The position numbers were made by a program, and so were the translations under genes. The notes beneath the pieces were generated by a model. It saw nothing but the letters and a program-made list of their open reading frames with translations. It ran no database searches and had not been told where the DNA came from. Of a stretch of DNA of 58,853 nt, positions 1 to 9,800 are shown one piece after another (the first letter of the stretch is position 1; the number at the start of each line of letters is the position of its first letter). Source of the DNA: Sphingobacteriia bacterium (GTDB lineage: Bacteria > Bacteroidota > Bacteroidia > NS11-12g > UBA9320); the NCBI GenBank assembly GCA_008080835.1, contig VMDK01000043.1:1-58853 (forward strand), read 5' to 3'.

Positions 1-127
1 TATTGTACACTTTTTAGTCAATTCCTCCTTGTCATAAGCCGTTTTTCACGGTTTCTCACTTAGAATCAAGGCTTTTCACGATTGGAATATGCTTTGAACT
101 ATATCAAGCGAACCAAAAGGACGAATT

Positions 128-934
128 ATGAAAAGAAAAATTACTCTCTCAATCATTTTAATGGTCGGCGCTCTGTTAAGCCAAGCTTATCCGGGAGCAT
201 CCCGACTTCACCTGGACCTCTTCAATGACGGACAGTTCATTGTAACCGTCGATGGTCAGAGATTCTATGACGTCCGGGGACAATTGACAGTGAACGGACT
301 TGATCCCGGAACGCACCGAGTACGTGTCGTGGAAGTTTTCCGCGGTCGACATGGTCAACGCCGTGGAAGAACCGTTCTCTACAATGGAAGTGTGAACATC
401 CCGTTCCGCTCTGCAGTATTCGCCCACATGACAGGCAACATGCAGCTGAGGGTCAGCGACATTCAGCGTCTGCCAAACCAGAGGGCTAATCGCCGAACAG
501 ACCGTCGCAGAGCACCGGATTACCGTCAGCCAAGGGACATGCGCTACCCGGGTTACGGAAGGAGCGGTGGCAACAGAGGCTACGACAACCGTGGATATGG
601 TAACCGGGGCTATGGAAACCGTAGCACCAACCCTACAGTTCATCGAGGGAATGCCGGCGCTTTCAATGCTTTGAAGGTGACCTTGCGCAACACGTCGTTT
701 GACAAGGAAAAACTGCTTATTGCCAAGCAATACTCCAACAATCATCGCATGACTTCTGCCCAAGTTGCGGATATCATGACCATGTTCAGCTTCGACTCGA
801 ACAGACTGGAATTTGCGAAGCATGCGTGGCATAATGTGATCGACCCGCAGAACTACTTTCTCGTGAACCGATCATTCAGCTTCAGCAGTTCAACAAGAAA
901 ACTCGACGCCTATATCAACGGCGGACGCAGATAA
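128..934 (+). CDS. secreted DUF4476-like protein with Arg/Gly/Tyr-rich linker
   Basis: N-terminal signal peptide (MKRKITLSIILMVGALLSQA). The C-terminal ~80 aa (FDKEKLLIAKQY...MFSFDSNRLEFAKHAW...YFLVNRSFSFSSS) fits the DUF4476 pattern seen in Bacteroidota. TAA stop is followed by a hairpin and T7 terminator. Confidence 0.75.
   Translation: MKRKITLSIILMVGALLSQAYPGASRLHLDLFNDGQFIVTVDGQRFYDVRGQLTVNGLDPGTHRVRVVEVFRGRHGQRRGRTVLYNGSVNIPFRSAVFAHMTGNMQLRVSDIQRLPNQRANRRTDRRRAPDYRQPRDMRYPGYGRSGGNRGYDNRGYGNRGYGNRSTNPTVHRGNAGAFNALKVTLRNTSFDKEKLLIAKQYSNNHRMTSAQVADIMTMFSFDSNRLEFAKHAWHNVIDPQNYFLVNRSFSFSSSTRKLDAYINGGRR
572..622 (+). repeat. in-frame tandem codon repeat encoding (N-R-G-Y-D/G) x3
   Basis: Reads aac aga ggc tac gac / aac cgt gga tat ggt / aac cgg ggc tat gga / aac cgt, giving the low-complexity peptide GNRGYDNRGYGNRGYGNR. 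Confidence 0.8.
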
Positions 935-957
935 ATTTTCTATCCAAGTACGCTTAT

Positions 958-988
958 GGCCTCATTCGGGAGAATGGGGCCTTTTTTT
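958..988 (+). terminator. rho-independent terminator of the DUF4476 gene
   Basis: Stem GGCCTC (958-963) pairs with GGGGCC (976-981), including one G-U pair. The loop is 12 nt and a T7 run follows at 982-988, 24 nt after the stop codon. Confidence 0.75.
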
Positions 989-1034
989 GGGTTTCGGGTG
1001 TCGGGCCATAGGCAGGCAGGGTTCGGGTATCGGG
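989..1034 (+). repeat. G-tract direct repeat (GGGTTTCGGGTGTCGGG / GGGTTCGGGTATCGGG)
   Basis: Six GGG runs start at 989, 996, 1003, 1019, 1025 and 1032. Loops are 3-4 nt except for one of 13 nt. The region is non-coding and intergenic. Confidence 0.6.
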
Positions 1035-1074
1035 ACCCCAACAGTTCATTCTTTGTGAAAATCTCTGTGTTCTT

Positions 1075-1127
1075 CCGCCAAAGGCGGACAAGCTGTGTCC
1101 ACGCCAGAGGCGGGCAAGCTCTGTGGT
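1075..1127 (+). repeat. two tandem ~27-nt units, each with a mini-hairpin
   Basis: Unit 1 is CCGCCaaaGGCGGACAAGCTGTGTCC and unit 2 is CGCCagaGGCGGGCAAGCTCTGTGG. Both lie in the 5' leader region of the E1 dehydrogenase gene. Confidence 0.55.
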
Positions 1128-1234
1128 TCAATTTTCTTCAACACACAACGAAAGACCAATTTCACAGGAACACAACCGACGCTTAAATTCGTTTTAACCC
1201 TAGGGTTTTATTAAACTTGCAATCCTTTTTTCCC

Positions 1235-3316
1235 ATGTCATCTACTAAAACGAAAAGCAGTTCCAAGAAGAACATCGATATCGCGTTGTTGCGACGCGCG
1301 TACACACTCATGTGCAAAGCTCGCGCGATGGCCGACATCTACGATGAGCACCGACAGATCACGAAGTATGTGCACTCCACATCACGCGGTCATGAGGTGA
1401 TCCAACTGGCCACTGCCTTTCAACTGGAGAGTTATGATTGGATCGCACCCTATTATCGCGATGAATCGATCCTCCTTGGGATCGGCATGGAACCATATGA
1501 GCTGATGCTTCAGCTCCTGGCTAAAGCAGACGACCCGTTCAGCGGAGGTCGATCCTACTATTCGCACCCTTCTTTGAACCGCGAGCACATGCCTAAGATG
1601 GCGCACCAAAGTAGCGCCACAGGAATGCAAGCTATCCCGACCACGGGAATCGCACAGGGGATCCAATATCTCGAAAGCCAAGGTCTGGGTAAAGAGGACG
1701 AAAAACCGGTCGTTGTTTGCTCGCTCGGTGATGGATCCGTCACGGAAGGAGAAGTGAGCGAAGCCATGCAAATGGCCGTTCTGCACCAAATGCCGATCAT
1801 CTACCTGGTTCAGGATAACGATTGGGGAATCAGTGCGAGCGGTGACGAGATGAGGGCTATGGATGCCTATGAATTCGTGGCAGGATTCAAAGGCATGAAG
1901 CGAGTTCGATTGAACGGAAGCGACTTCATCGATTGCTACGAAGGCATGCGAAAGGTGATCCGCGACGTTCGTAAGAACCGCAAGCCATATGTGGTACATG
2001 TAAAGGTGCCGTTGCTTGGCCATCATACAAGTGGAGTACGCAGAGAATGGTATCGCGATGATCTGGATGAACATCTGAAAGATGATCCGTTCCCGATGCT
2101 TCGTACTTTGCTGGAAGAACTGGGAGAAGAAAAAGAATGGCTGGACAATACTCAGGAGACAGCCAAAGAAGAGATAACAGCAGATTTCCAAAAGGCGATC
2201 GACGCTCCGGAACCAACGGCTGAAAGTCTCACGCATCATATTCTGGCTCCAACGCCGGTCACTGAAGAAACAGGGGAACGCTCTCCTGCCGGTGGTGAGG
2301 AAGTCATCATGGTTGATGCCGCTCTGCACGCCATGGACGAGATCCTGAAGAAGCATCCCGAAGCATTGCTCTACGGTCAGGATGTTGGGATACGTCTTGG
2401 TGGAGTATTCCGTGAAGCAGCTACCCTCGCTCAGAAATACGGAATAGACCGAGTATTCAATACTCCGATCCAGGAAGCGTACATCGTCGGAAGCACCGCC
2501 GGTATGAGCGCAGTTGGTTGCAAGCCTGTGGTGGAGATACAATTTGCCGATTATATCTGGCCGGGAGTGAATCAACTGGTCACTGAATTGAGTAAATCAA
2601 CCTACCTGAGCATGGGCAAATTCCCGGTAGGATCCGTGATCCGTGTTCCGACCGGAGCTTATGGCGGTGGAGGTCCATACCACAGTGGGACGGTAGAATC
2701 GAGCATATTACCGATCAATGGTATCAAGATCGCTTATCCTAGTAACGCTGCGGATATGAAGGGGCTCATGAAGTCGGCCTTCTACGATCCAAACCCGGTG
2801 GTCATGTTCGAACACAAGGGATTGTACTGGAGTAAAGTTCCCGGAACGGAAGAAGCGAAAACCGTTGAACCGGATAAGGACTATATCATCCCATTCGGTA
2901 AAGCACGAATAGCTCTTGAAGCCGACGCACAGCAAGTTGAAATGGGAGATTCCGTTGGTGTCATCACCTACGGTATGGGAGTTTATTGGGCCAAAAGCGC
3001 AGCGAAGCATCTGAATGGTCGCGTTGAGATCCTTGACCTAAGGACACTCGCACCATATGATGAGGATGCGATCTACGATCAAGTCCGGAAACACGGAAAG
3101 ATCCTTGTGCTGACTGAAGAGACTTTGAATAACAGTTTTGCCGAAGCCATCGCCGGAAAGATCGCTCGTGACTGTTTTGAATCACTCGATGCTCCCGTCA
3201 TGACTATGGGTAGCGTCGACACCCCGGCAGTTCCGTTGAACATGGGATTGGAGCAGGTTATGCTTCCTACTGCCGAGAAGGTTCAACAAAAACTCGAAGA
3301 AATTCTCGAATACTGA
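1235..3316 (+). CDS. 2-oxoacid (branched-chain alpha-keto acid) dehydrogenase E1 component, fused alpha+beta subunits
   Basis: A ~690-aa protein with a TPP-binding alpha-like N-terminal half (GDGSVTEGE, DNDWGIS) and a transketolase-like beta half (GQDVG..GGVF, NTPIQE). This fused architecture is typical of Bacteroidota. I prefer the ATG at 1235 over the TTG at 1217. Confidence 0.85.
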   Translation: MSSTKTKSSSKKNIDIALLRRAYTLMCKARAMADIYDEHRQITKYVHSTSRGHEVIQLATAFQLESYDWIAPYYRDESILLGIGMEPYELMLQLLAKADDPFSGGRSYYSHPSLNREHMPKMAHQSSATGMQAIPTTGIAQGIQYLESQGLGKEDEKPVVVCSLGDGSVTEGEVSEAMQMAVLHQMPIIYLVQDNDWGISASGDEMRAMDAYEFVAGFKGMKRVRLNGSDFIDCYEGMRKVIRDVRKNRKPYVVHVKVPLLGHHTSGVRREWYRDDLDEHLKDDPFPMLRTLLEELGEEKEWLDNTQETAKEEITADFQKAIDAPEPTAESLTHHILAPTPVTEETGERSPAGGEEVIMVDAALHAMDEILKKHPEALLYGQDVGIRLGGVFREAATLAQKYGIDRVFNTPIQEAYIVGSTAGMSAVGCKPVVEIQFADYIWPGVNQLVTELSKSTYLSMGKFPVGSVIRVPTGAYGGGGPYHSGTVESSILPINGIKIAYPSNAADMKGLMKSAFYDPNPVVMFEHKGLYWSKVPGTEEAKTVEPDKDYIIPFGKARIALEADAQQVEMGDSVGVITYGMGVYWAKSAAKHLNGRVEILDLRTLAPYDEDAIYDQVRKHGKILVLTEETLNNSFAEAIAGKIARDCFESLDAPVMTMGSVDTPAVPLNMGLEQVMLPTAEKVQQKLEEILEY

Positions 3317-3371
3317 TCTGAAGCAGAAATCAGCGGGCTTTCGTATCTTCACATTCTTAAACAAGAAGGTC

Positions 3372-3788
3372 ATGAAGAAGGTCAATTGGTTATTGGTGTT
3401 AGCGGTCGTCGTTGGTTTCGTGTGTGGAGGAATGGCCGTTGCAGGAATTGAAGATCTTGGACACGAAATGTATCCACCGCCTGACGGTGTGGACATGACC
3501 GTGAAGGAAAATGCCAAACAATATGTGGAGACCGCACCTCCTCTCGCTCTCCTGATGATCCCGATCGCCTGGTTAGCAGGTACGTTCATTGCCTCCTTCA
3601 TCAGCACATTGATCTGTCCTTCACAATGGAGAACGATTCTATTTGTGATCTCTGCAGTGTTCCTCGTACTGAGTGTTGCTATGCTGATCACTTTCCCGAG
3701 CACTTGGTACATGTGGGCGATCCCATTGCTGTTGCTCTTCCCGTTTGGATTTATGGGAACCGGTGTTGCCCGAATGATCAGGAAGTGA
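3372..3788 (+). CDS. hypothetical multi-pass membrane protein
   Basis: 138-aa ORF with four hydrophobic segments. ATG start, TGA stop abutting the convergent permease gene. No family recognised. Confidence 0.6.
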   Translation: MKKVNWLLVLAVVVGFVCGGMAVAGIEDLGHEMYPPPDGVDMTVKENAKQYVETAPPLALLMIPIAWLAGTFIASFISTLICPSQWRTILFVISAVFLVLSVAMLITFPSTWYMWAIPLLLLFPFGFMGTGVARMIRK

Positions 3789-4817
3789 TCAGAGTTTCAC
3801 GTCCCATTTGTCTCGTAACCAGTTGCCGATAAAGTTGAATGAAACCACCAACAGCATAATGGCTATTCCCGGCGCAAGGGCGAGATGTGCCGCGTCGAAA
3901 GCGATATAGCTGTAATTCTCCTTCAGCATTTGTCCCCAGCTGGGAAATGGTGGCTGCACGCCTAATCCAAGAAAGCTCAATCCTGCCTCCAGCAAAATGG
4001 CCGAGGCAAAGTTCGCCGCACAGATCACGACGATAGGGCCCGTGAGATTTGGAAGGATGTGTCGCAACATGATGCGGATATCTGAGAAACCTAGAACTCT
4101 GGCCGCTTGTACGAATTCCTGCTCTCGTAAACTGAATACTTGTCCGCGTACTATGCGCGCCAACTCCACCCACATACTGAGCCCAACTGCCACGAAGATC
4201 TGCCAGAAGCCCTTGCCCAAAGCAAAGGTGATCGCGATGACCAGGAGGAGTGTGGGAAGCGACCAAACCACATTCACCAGCCACATCACCACTTTGTCAA
4301 CCCAACCTTTGTAATAGCCGGCAAGGATCCCCAATGCGATCCCCAGGACGAGCGAGATCAGGACCGATATCAAACCGACCGACAGCGAAATGCGTGTTCC
4401 CAAAAGAACACGGGACCAAACATCACGGCCGTAAAGATCGGTGCCGAGTCTGAATTTTCGTTGTACGATCCGCGGATATTCCTCGGTTTCAACATCGGTC
4501 AAGTATCCAAATTTTTGCCATGCGGCGAATGAAGTGTCACCTTGATTATCGTAAAGAAACAAGAGGCTGCGTTGCTCTTCTCCCCGAGTGAGTGTGGTAA
4601 AAAATCCTGCCCTCGGACTTTCTTTCTCCTCCACGAACCAGGCCTTATACCCGGGCTTCTTCAAAGCAATCCCAAGCTCCATCAGGTTGCTGCTTTGGGA
4701 GCTGTCTGGAAGGATGGTATAACCAAGGATCGCCACCAACAAACAGATCCCCACGAATGCCAGTCCGAATATGGCGGTATAATTTATCTGTCGTTTCAAG
4801 GGCTTTAGAGGATTCAA
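3789..4817 (-). CDS. ABC transporter permease, DppC/OppC (binding-protein-dependent transport) family
   Basis: Has the conserved permease core (LGTDLYGRDVWSRVLLGTRISL ... EQEFVQAARVLGFSDIRIMLRHILPN) and six predicted TM helices. Start is TTG. No partner ABC genes are present in the window. Confidence 0.85.
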   Translation of the reverse strand: MNPLKPLKRQINYTAIFGLAFVGICLLVAILGYTILPDSSQSSNLMELGIALKKPGYKAWFVEEKESPRAGFFTTLTRGEEQRSLLFLYDNQGDTSFAAWQKFGYLTDVETEEYPRIVQRKFRLGTDLYGRDVWSRVLLGTRISLSVGLISVLISLVLGIALGILAGYYKGWVDKVVMWLVNVVWSLPTLLLVIAITFALGKGFWQIFVAVGLSMWVELARIVRGQVFSLREQEFVQAARVLGFSDIRIMLRHILPNLTGPIVVICAANFASAILLEAGLSFLGLGVQPPFPSWGQMLKENYSYIAFDAAHLALAPGIAIMLLVVSFNFIGNWLRDKWDVKL

Positions 4818-4998
4818 AGAAAAGCCCTTTTTACCATTTCTACATCAGGCCGGAGATCAGATATGTAGCCATCCAACTGAAGGGGATTGCAAAGAGGAAG
4901 AACCATGCATTCATCCCTATCTCTCCCACCCTGAATATCCAACCTTTGGGAATTTCATACATGGGATAGTACGCGAACTGTGTCCAGATCTTACCGAT

Positions 4999-5277
4999 CT
5001 AGTAGAATGCTACGATCACACTGAATCCAAGGGCGATGGGTCCACCCCGCAGGAGGTGTTCAACCATGAGGATGGACATCAGGCCGAACGAAAAATTCAA
5101 TCCTTGAATATAGTAGCCATACGTCTTGGCGATCTGGCGGTTCAATGGCCTCAGGTTCTTAATATCATTGTACCAGTCGAAAACTTTGTGGCGCACAAAA
5201 GGATAGATGAGTGCGGTAAATATTTGACCAAAACCGGCAGTAATAATAAGCCAATCCGGAGGTGCGGTGATATTCAT
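4999..5277 (-). CDS. small membrane protein, probably truncated by an in-frame TAG (open frame continues to 4840)
   Basis: Hydrophobic ORF. The ATG at 5277 lies 1 nt after the methyltransferase stop; the track uses a GTG at 5298. The TAG at 4999-5001 falls inside a predicted TM helix and is followed by 52 further open codons in the same frame. Confidence 0.55.
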   Translation of the reverse strand: MNITAPPDWLIITAGFGQIFTALIYPFVRHKVFDWYNDIKNLRPLNRQIAKTYGYYIQGLNFSFGLMSILMVEHLLRGGPIALGFSVIVAFY

Positions 5278-5278
5278 G

Positions 5279-6183
5279 TCATTGTGGTTTTTGTGCACTG
5301 ATGATGAAGTAACTGAAGGTCTTGTTGTCGAGACCTAAGACGATGGACTGAATAACTGCTTTGATGTTCTTCAAGTTTTCCCGGCCAATGTGCTTGCCTT
5401 TGAGCCACTCTCCCAGAAAAAATCGGATCACGACATGAGGAGTGTGCATCACGGAAGGTGCCACATGAGCTCGTGCATCTTCGAACTTGATATCAGTAAA
5501 TCCGGCTGCTACGAGCTGCTCTTTCATCCATTTGACATCTGCCAATTCCACACGCCAGTTATCCTTGAAGCCATCATAGGCCGCTTTGGAAAGGGCCGAT
5601 TTTGGATCGTCACTTTGCCGTTTGAAACAATCGGTCACCACAAACCGAGCACCCGGTTTCAGTAAACGATGTACTTCCTTTAGGAAGCGTTTCTTATCCA
5701 TGGAATGACACATGCTCTCCACTGCTGTCACCCCATCGGCACATTCGTCGGGAAGGGGAACGTGATGGTAGTCGGCCAGTAACAGGCGAATGTCCTCCGC
5801 CATTTCTTCCTTGCGGTTGAGCCTGTGCCCCATTTTGATGTGTTGACGATGTTCACTCCGACCGCATTTTCACTGACACCGTTTCGGATCAATGCTCGAC
5901 AAGTAGCTCCAACACCACATCCCATATCAACAACTCGTTCGGCTTGTTCTGCGAGTTCCAGTTTGTCGAACACTCTGCGGTTCATATTCTCCAACATTCG
6001 TTCTCTCATGAAAATCTCATACCACCTGTTGAGATAACCGTAATGCATGTTGAATCCTTTGCTCCAATAGGCATAGTCGACCGTAGCCTTGTTGTAAAAT
6101 TCGATGACGCTCTCATACTTGGTTTTAGGAAGAGCGCCTTTGTTGAAAGCCGAAACAGGAAGGGTGATCTTAGTAGTCGTCAT
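5279..6183 (-). pseudogene. class I SAM-dependent methyltransferase, frameshifted
   Basis: ORF 5728-6183 carries motif I (VVDMGCGVGAT). ORF 5279-5833 carries the rest of the fold (LLADY...PLPD...VTAVESMCH...LLKPGARFVV) in another frame. Adding one base to the T4 run at 5833-5836 (A4 on the coding strand) restores a single ~301-codon ORF. Confidence 0.8.
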
Positions 6184-6234
6184 AATTAACTTATTTTATT
6201 TTCAATATTTACTGAAACTTTGTTACAAAATTTT

Positions 6235-6747
6235 TTACTTCTTCATGAGCCATTTGAAAAATCGATTTCCATCGAGTTTTCCGATCAGATCGAGCATGGA
6301 ATCCGCCTTCTTGGCCACTTTCTCTACATCACGGGTTACGCGTTTGAATTCCTTGACCTGTTCACTGGACCCTTCCACATCCCGAACCTCCTGAAGCATG
6401 GTCAGGAGAGGCTCCAGTTCTCTCCTCTTTCGCTCCTTGCTCACCAATCGAGCAATTTCCCACATGTCTTTTACGGAATAGAAATACTCTTTGCGATCTC
6501 CGGGTTTAAAGGATTTTCTCACAACACCCCAGGAGATCAGTTCGCGAACATTCATATTGGCATTTCCTCTGGAAATATTGAGCTTAGCCATGATGTCATC
6601 CGTGCTGAGCGGCTGCGTGCTTATTAAAAGAAGCGCGTTAATCTGCGACATGGTACGGTTGATCCCCCAGCTTGCGCCGAGTTGTCCCCACCCCTGAATG
6701 AATTTTTCTTCTGCTTCTTCGAATTTCACGAAATAAAGGTAGCCCAA
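6235..6747 (-). CDS. GbsR/MarR-family winged-helix transcriptional regulator
   Basis: The N-terminus (FIQGWGQLGASWGINRTMSQINALLLISTQPLSTDDIMAKLNISRGNANMNVRELISWGVV) matches the GbsR-type HTH pattern. Start is TTG at 6747, with an alternative GTG at 6729. Confidence 0.8.
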   Translation of the reverse strand: MGYLYFVKFEEAEEKFIQGWGQLGASWGINRTMSQINALLLISTQPLSTDDIMAKLNISRGNANMNVRELISWGVVRKSFKPGDRKEYFYSVKDMWEIARLVSKERKRRELEPLLTMLQEVRDVEGSSEQVKEFKRVTRDVEKVAKKADSMLDLIGKLDGNRFFKWLMKK

Positions 6748-6754
6748 TTTTTAT

Positions 6755-6778
6755 AACTTTCAATACTTTTTGAAAGTT
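6755..6778. promoter_or_regulatory. candidate operator palindrome upstream of the GbsR-like regulator
   Basis: Perfect 9-bp inverted repeat AACTTTCAA-n6-TTGAAAGTT, located 8 nt upstream of the regulator start codon. Confidence 0.4.
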
Positions 6779-6818
6779 TAATTTTTCGCTACGTAAATCG
6801 TGAGCCTGGCAAGTGTCG

Positions 6819-9800
6819 TTATTCCTTGACGAACTTGATGCGATTGAGCCCGTGTTCATCCGTGATCTCGAGGAAATAGATCCCCGGGGAAAGAGGCGAA
6901 ACATCGATCTGATAATCGCTTTGTTGAATGAACTCAAAGGTCCGGTCGACCAACTTGCCATTCACATCATAGATCTCCCAGTCGTATTGTAGAGGTGTTC
7001 CCGGCAACTTTTGGATATTGATCGAAGTACTCGCAGGGTTCGGATATACCTGGTAACCAGAATTTCGAAGATTCTCATACCCGAGATTCTCGATCTTGAT
7101 CATCACTGTGGTATCATCTGAGCCGCAATCGTTGGTTGCGGTGAGGACCACCATATAATCTCCATCCTGCAAATAACGATGAAACGTATTTCGATCGGTA
7201 TTGTCGGAGCCGTCGCCAAAATCCCATAAGTACGAGTCAGCGTTTTGAGAAGTATTGGAGAATGTCACGTCCCTTGCCGTAAGCGAATACCTGAACCCGG
7301 CTCGTGGCAATGGATCTACCTCTACCCGGACCGAATCCTGAGAGAAACATCCTATGGCGTTGCTAGCGGTCATGGTATAGGTCGTCGCCTCCGTCGGGCT
7401 AACAGGCAAAGTCTTACCGGATTGGCCGGTGTTCCATTCAAAAGTCGCATCGTCGTTTGACACAACCTCCAAAGTGATCGTGGATCCTTCACAGATCGTG
7501 GTATCATTACTGATGCTGATCACAGGCCTCTTTCCGACTTCCACTTCCACGCTATCACGTCCCACACATCCATTACTTCCTTCCACATTCACGTAGTAAT
7601 GTTTGGTGGTCAGAGGTAAGAAGTTATAGCTCGCGGTTTGAGGTCCTCCATCCCAATCGTATGACACACCGCCTGATGCTTCCAGAGTGACTCGCTGTCC
7701 GAAACATACGGCGGTATCGTTAGAGACTGTGATGTCGGGTCCAGCTGTGGTGGTCACATTGACCGTGTCAAAATCACTACAACCCAAAGCATCCTTACCC
7801 TCTACGATATACTGCGCATCAGCAAATGTTCGTACCGCATACGTGCTATTGGCCGGACCATTGAGCCATTGGTAGCTGTTGGCTCCGGAGGCGTTGAGCA
7901 AGAGTTTGTACCCGGCACACATAGTGGTGTCTGCAGTCGCCTCAACAGTAGGTTGACTGGCTGTAACGTTTACGCTCAAGCGACGCGTACAACCATTGGT
8001 CGTATCAATGATAACGTCCACTCGGGCATCGTCAAGCACCTGGTAGTTCCAGTCCCTGTTAGCAGGACCATCGACCCATTGATAACCACTTCCTCCGGAT
8101 GCTTTTAACGTGATGAAATCTCCCTTACAGGCGGTAGTATCGTCACTAATGATGCCGTCAGGAGTACGGTTGATCACAATGTCCTTGGTGGCTGTTGTCT
8201 TCGCTCCGCAGCGGTTGTAACCAGTCAGCGATACGCTGAAAGAGTTTTCCGGAGTCAAGGTTTGCAGCTCCTTTGTCGGATTCTGGAAGAGGTTACTTGG
8301 AGCCCAGTCGTATTTGAAAGCACCCGAAGCCTGAAGATTATACTTTTTCCCTGAACAAGCCGTGTCTAAAGCAATAATCTTGGTGTCAGGATATGGAGTA
8401 CGGCCCAGGTGCATTCTAACCATGAACAAACCTGTGAATCCAGCGTCTGCTATTTCTGTCCACGCGCCACCCCCGCCTCTGAAAAAGGATACATTGGGTG
8501 TATAAAAGAAATCGGAATAACCAACATTGGCATTGTTGATAGTAAGCTGTTTGACTGATACAAAATATCTTCCTTTTTTAAGAATTCTAGGACAACTCAA
8601 CGCTGCAGTATAGTATCCCCCTCCTCTGTAGTAGATTACAGCAGTTGAGTCTATGACATTTCCAGGGACATTCGAACCAAACTCATATAGTAACAATTTA
8701 ACAGAATCCCCAGTTCCCGCAAGATTCCCTATATGTGCACCCAAGCTCGTTAAGGTATCCCCTTCAACGAGTTCAAACATACTTCCAAGTTCTCCATTTG
8801 CAGCTCCATTGAATCCTAAGCCTAGTGTAAGTGAATCGTTATCTCGAGAGTATATACTATCGTTCAAACGCATATAGACATTGAAAGTATCGTTCGCTGC
8901 ATTTGCGTCAGACTGGTCTGCTTTTACAAAGATCTTGGTGACATAATTAGCCGTAGTAGATAATAAATGCTTCCTCGCGATGAATCCGGTGTCTTTTTCC
9001 TGTATGGTCAATGAACCGATATTTACACTATCAATATAGGATCCATTTTGGGCCAATATCTTGACATTCGTTGCCGTTTTTACTCCCCGGTTCGTGGCCA
9101 CACCTCCAAATGTGATACTGTCGTTCTGAGAAAAAGGAACATGATGATACAGACTAGGGAATAACAGGGATTCGGTAAGTTCCAACTCTTGATCAGGTGG
9201 ATTGGCCTCTTCAATTCTAAAATCGTCAATGGCCATATCGCTTCTGAAATCCCTGCCAATCACTGCCCTGATACGGATGCGAATACCCGATCTTTGATAC
9301 AAGTACAACGGGATCGTAACAGCCTGCCATCTCTCACCTTGATCGCCCGAGACGGACCAAACATCCGTAACCCACTTGGTTGAATCAAAAACGTCAATAT
9401 GCAAACTACCCATCGCGGCTCCATGCATGTGATACGCCAATTTCACATCGTAATATTTAATACCACTCAGGTCAAAACAAGGGCTTATCAAATTTGCCAC
9501 TGTATTCGCACAGGCATTACCCGTTGCACTCGCTTCTGTATACATATAGATCCCTGACGAAGTACCAGGATTAAAATCTCTCCCACCAGGCGCTCCACTT
9601 GTCGAATCAGTAGAACCTGGCCCCGTCCCAACAGACCCTGTTCCACTGCTGTCGGACCGCCACTCACCTCCATCACTCTGGTCTTGAATCCAACCATTCG
9701 CTGTATCACCTCGAACTGAAGTGTTGCATACAGATTGAATGTTGATCGAATCAAAATCTTCAAAATCCTCTACATAGGGGAATGAACTGATACACTGCGC

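Noticed and set aside
176-832. 218-aa ORF antisense to the DUF4476 gene
   Set aside because: It lies entirely inside, and antisense to, a gene with a signal peptide and a recognisable domain. Its sequence has no recognisable features and looks like a shadow ORF.
940-1186. Two mutually overlapping small ORFs (63 aa on the minus strand, 76 aa on the plus strand) in the first intergenic region
   Set aside because: They overlap each other and the terminator, G-tract and mini-hairpin repeats. Their composition is driven by those repeats. I treat the region as non-coding.
1382-2575. 397-aa ORF antisense to the BCKDH E1 gene
   Set aside because: The sense strand encodes a strongly conserved TPP enzyme. 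The antisense product has no recognisable motif. It is a typical long shadow ORF in a moderately GC-rich gene.
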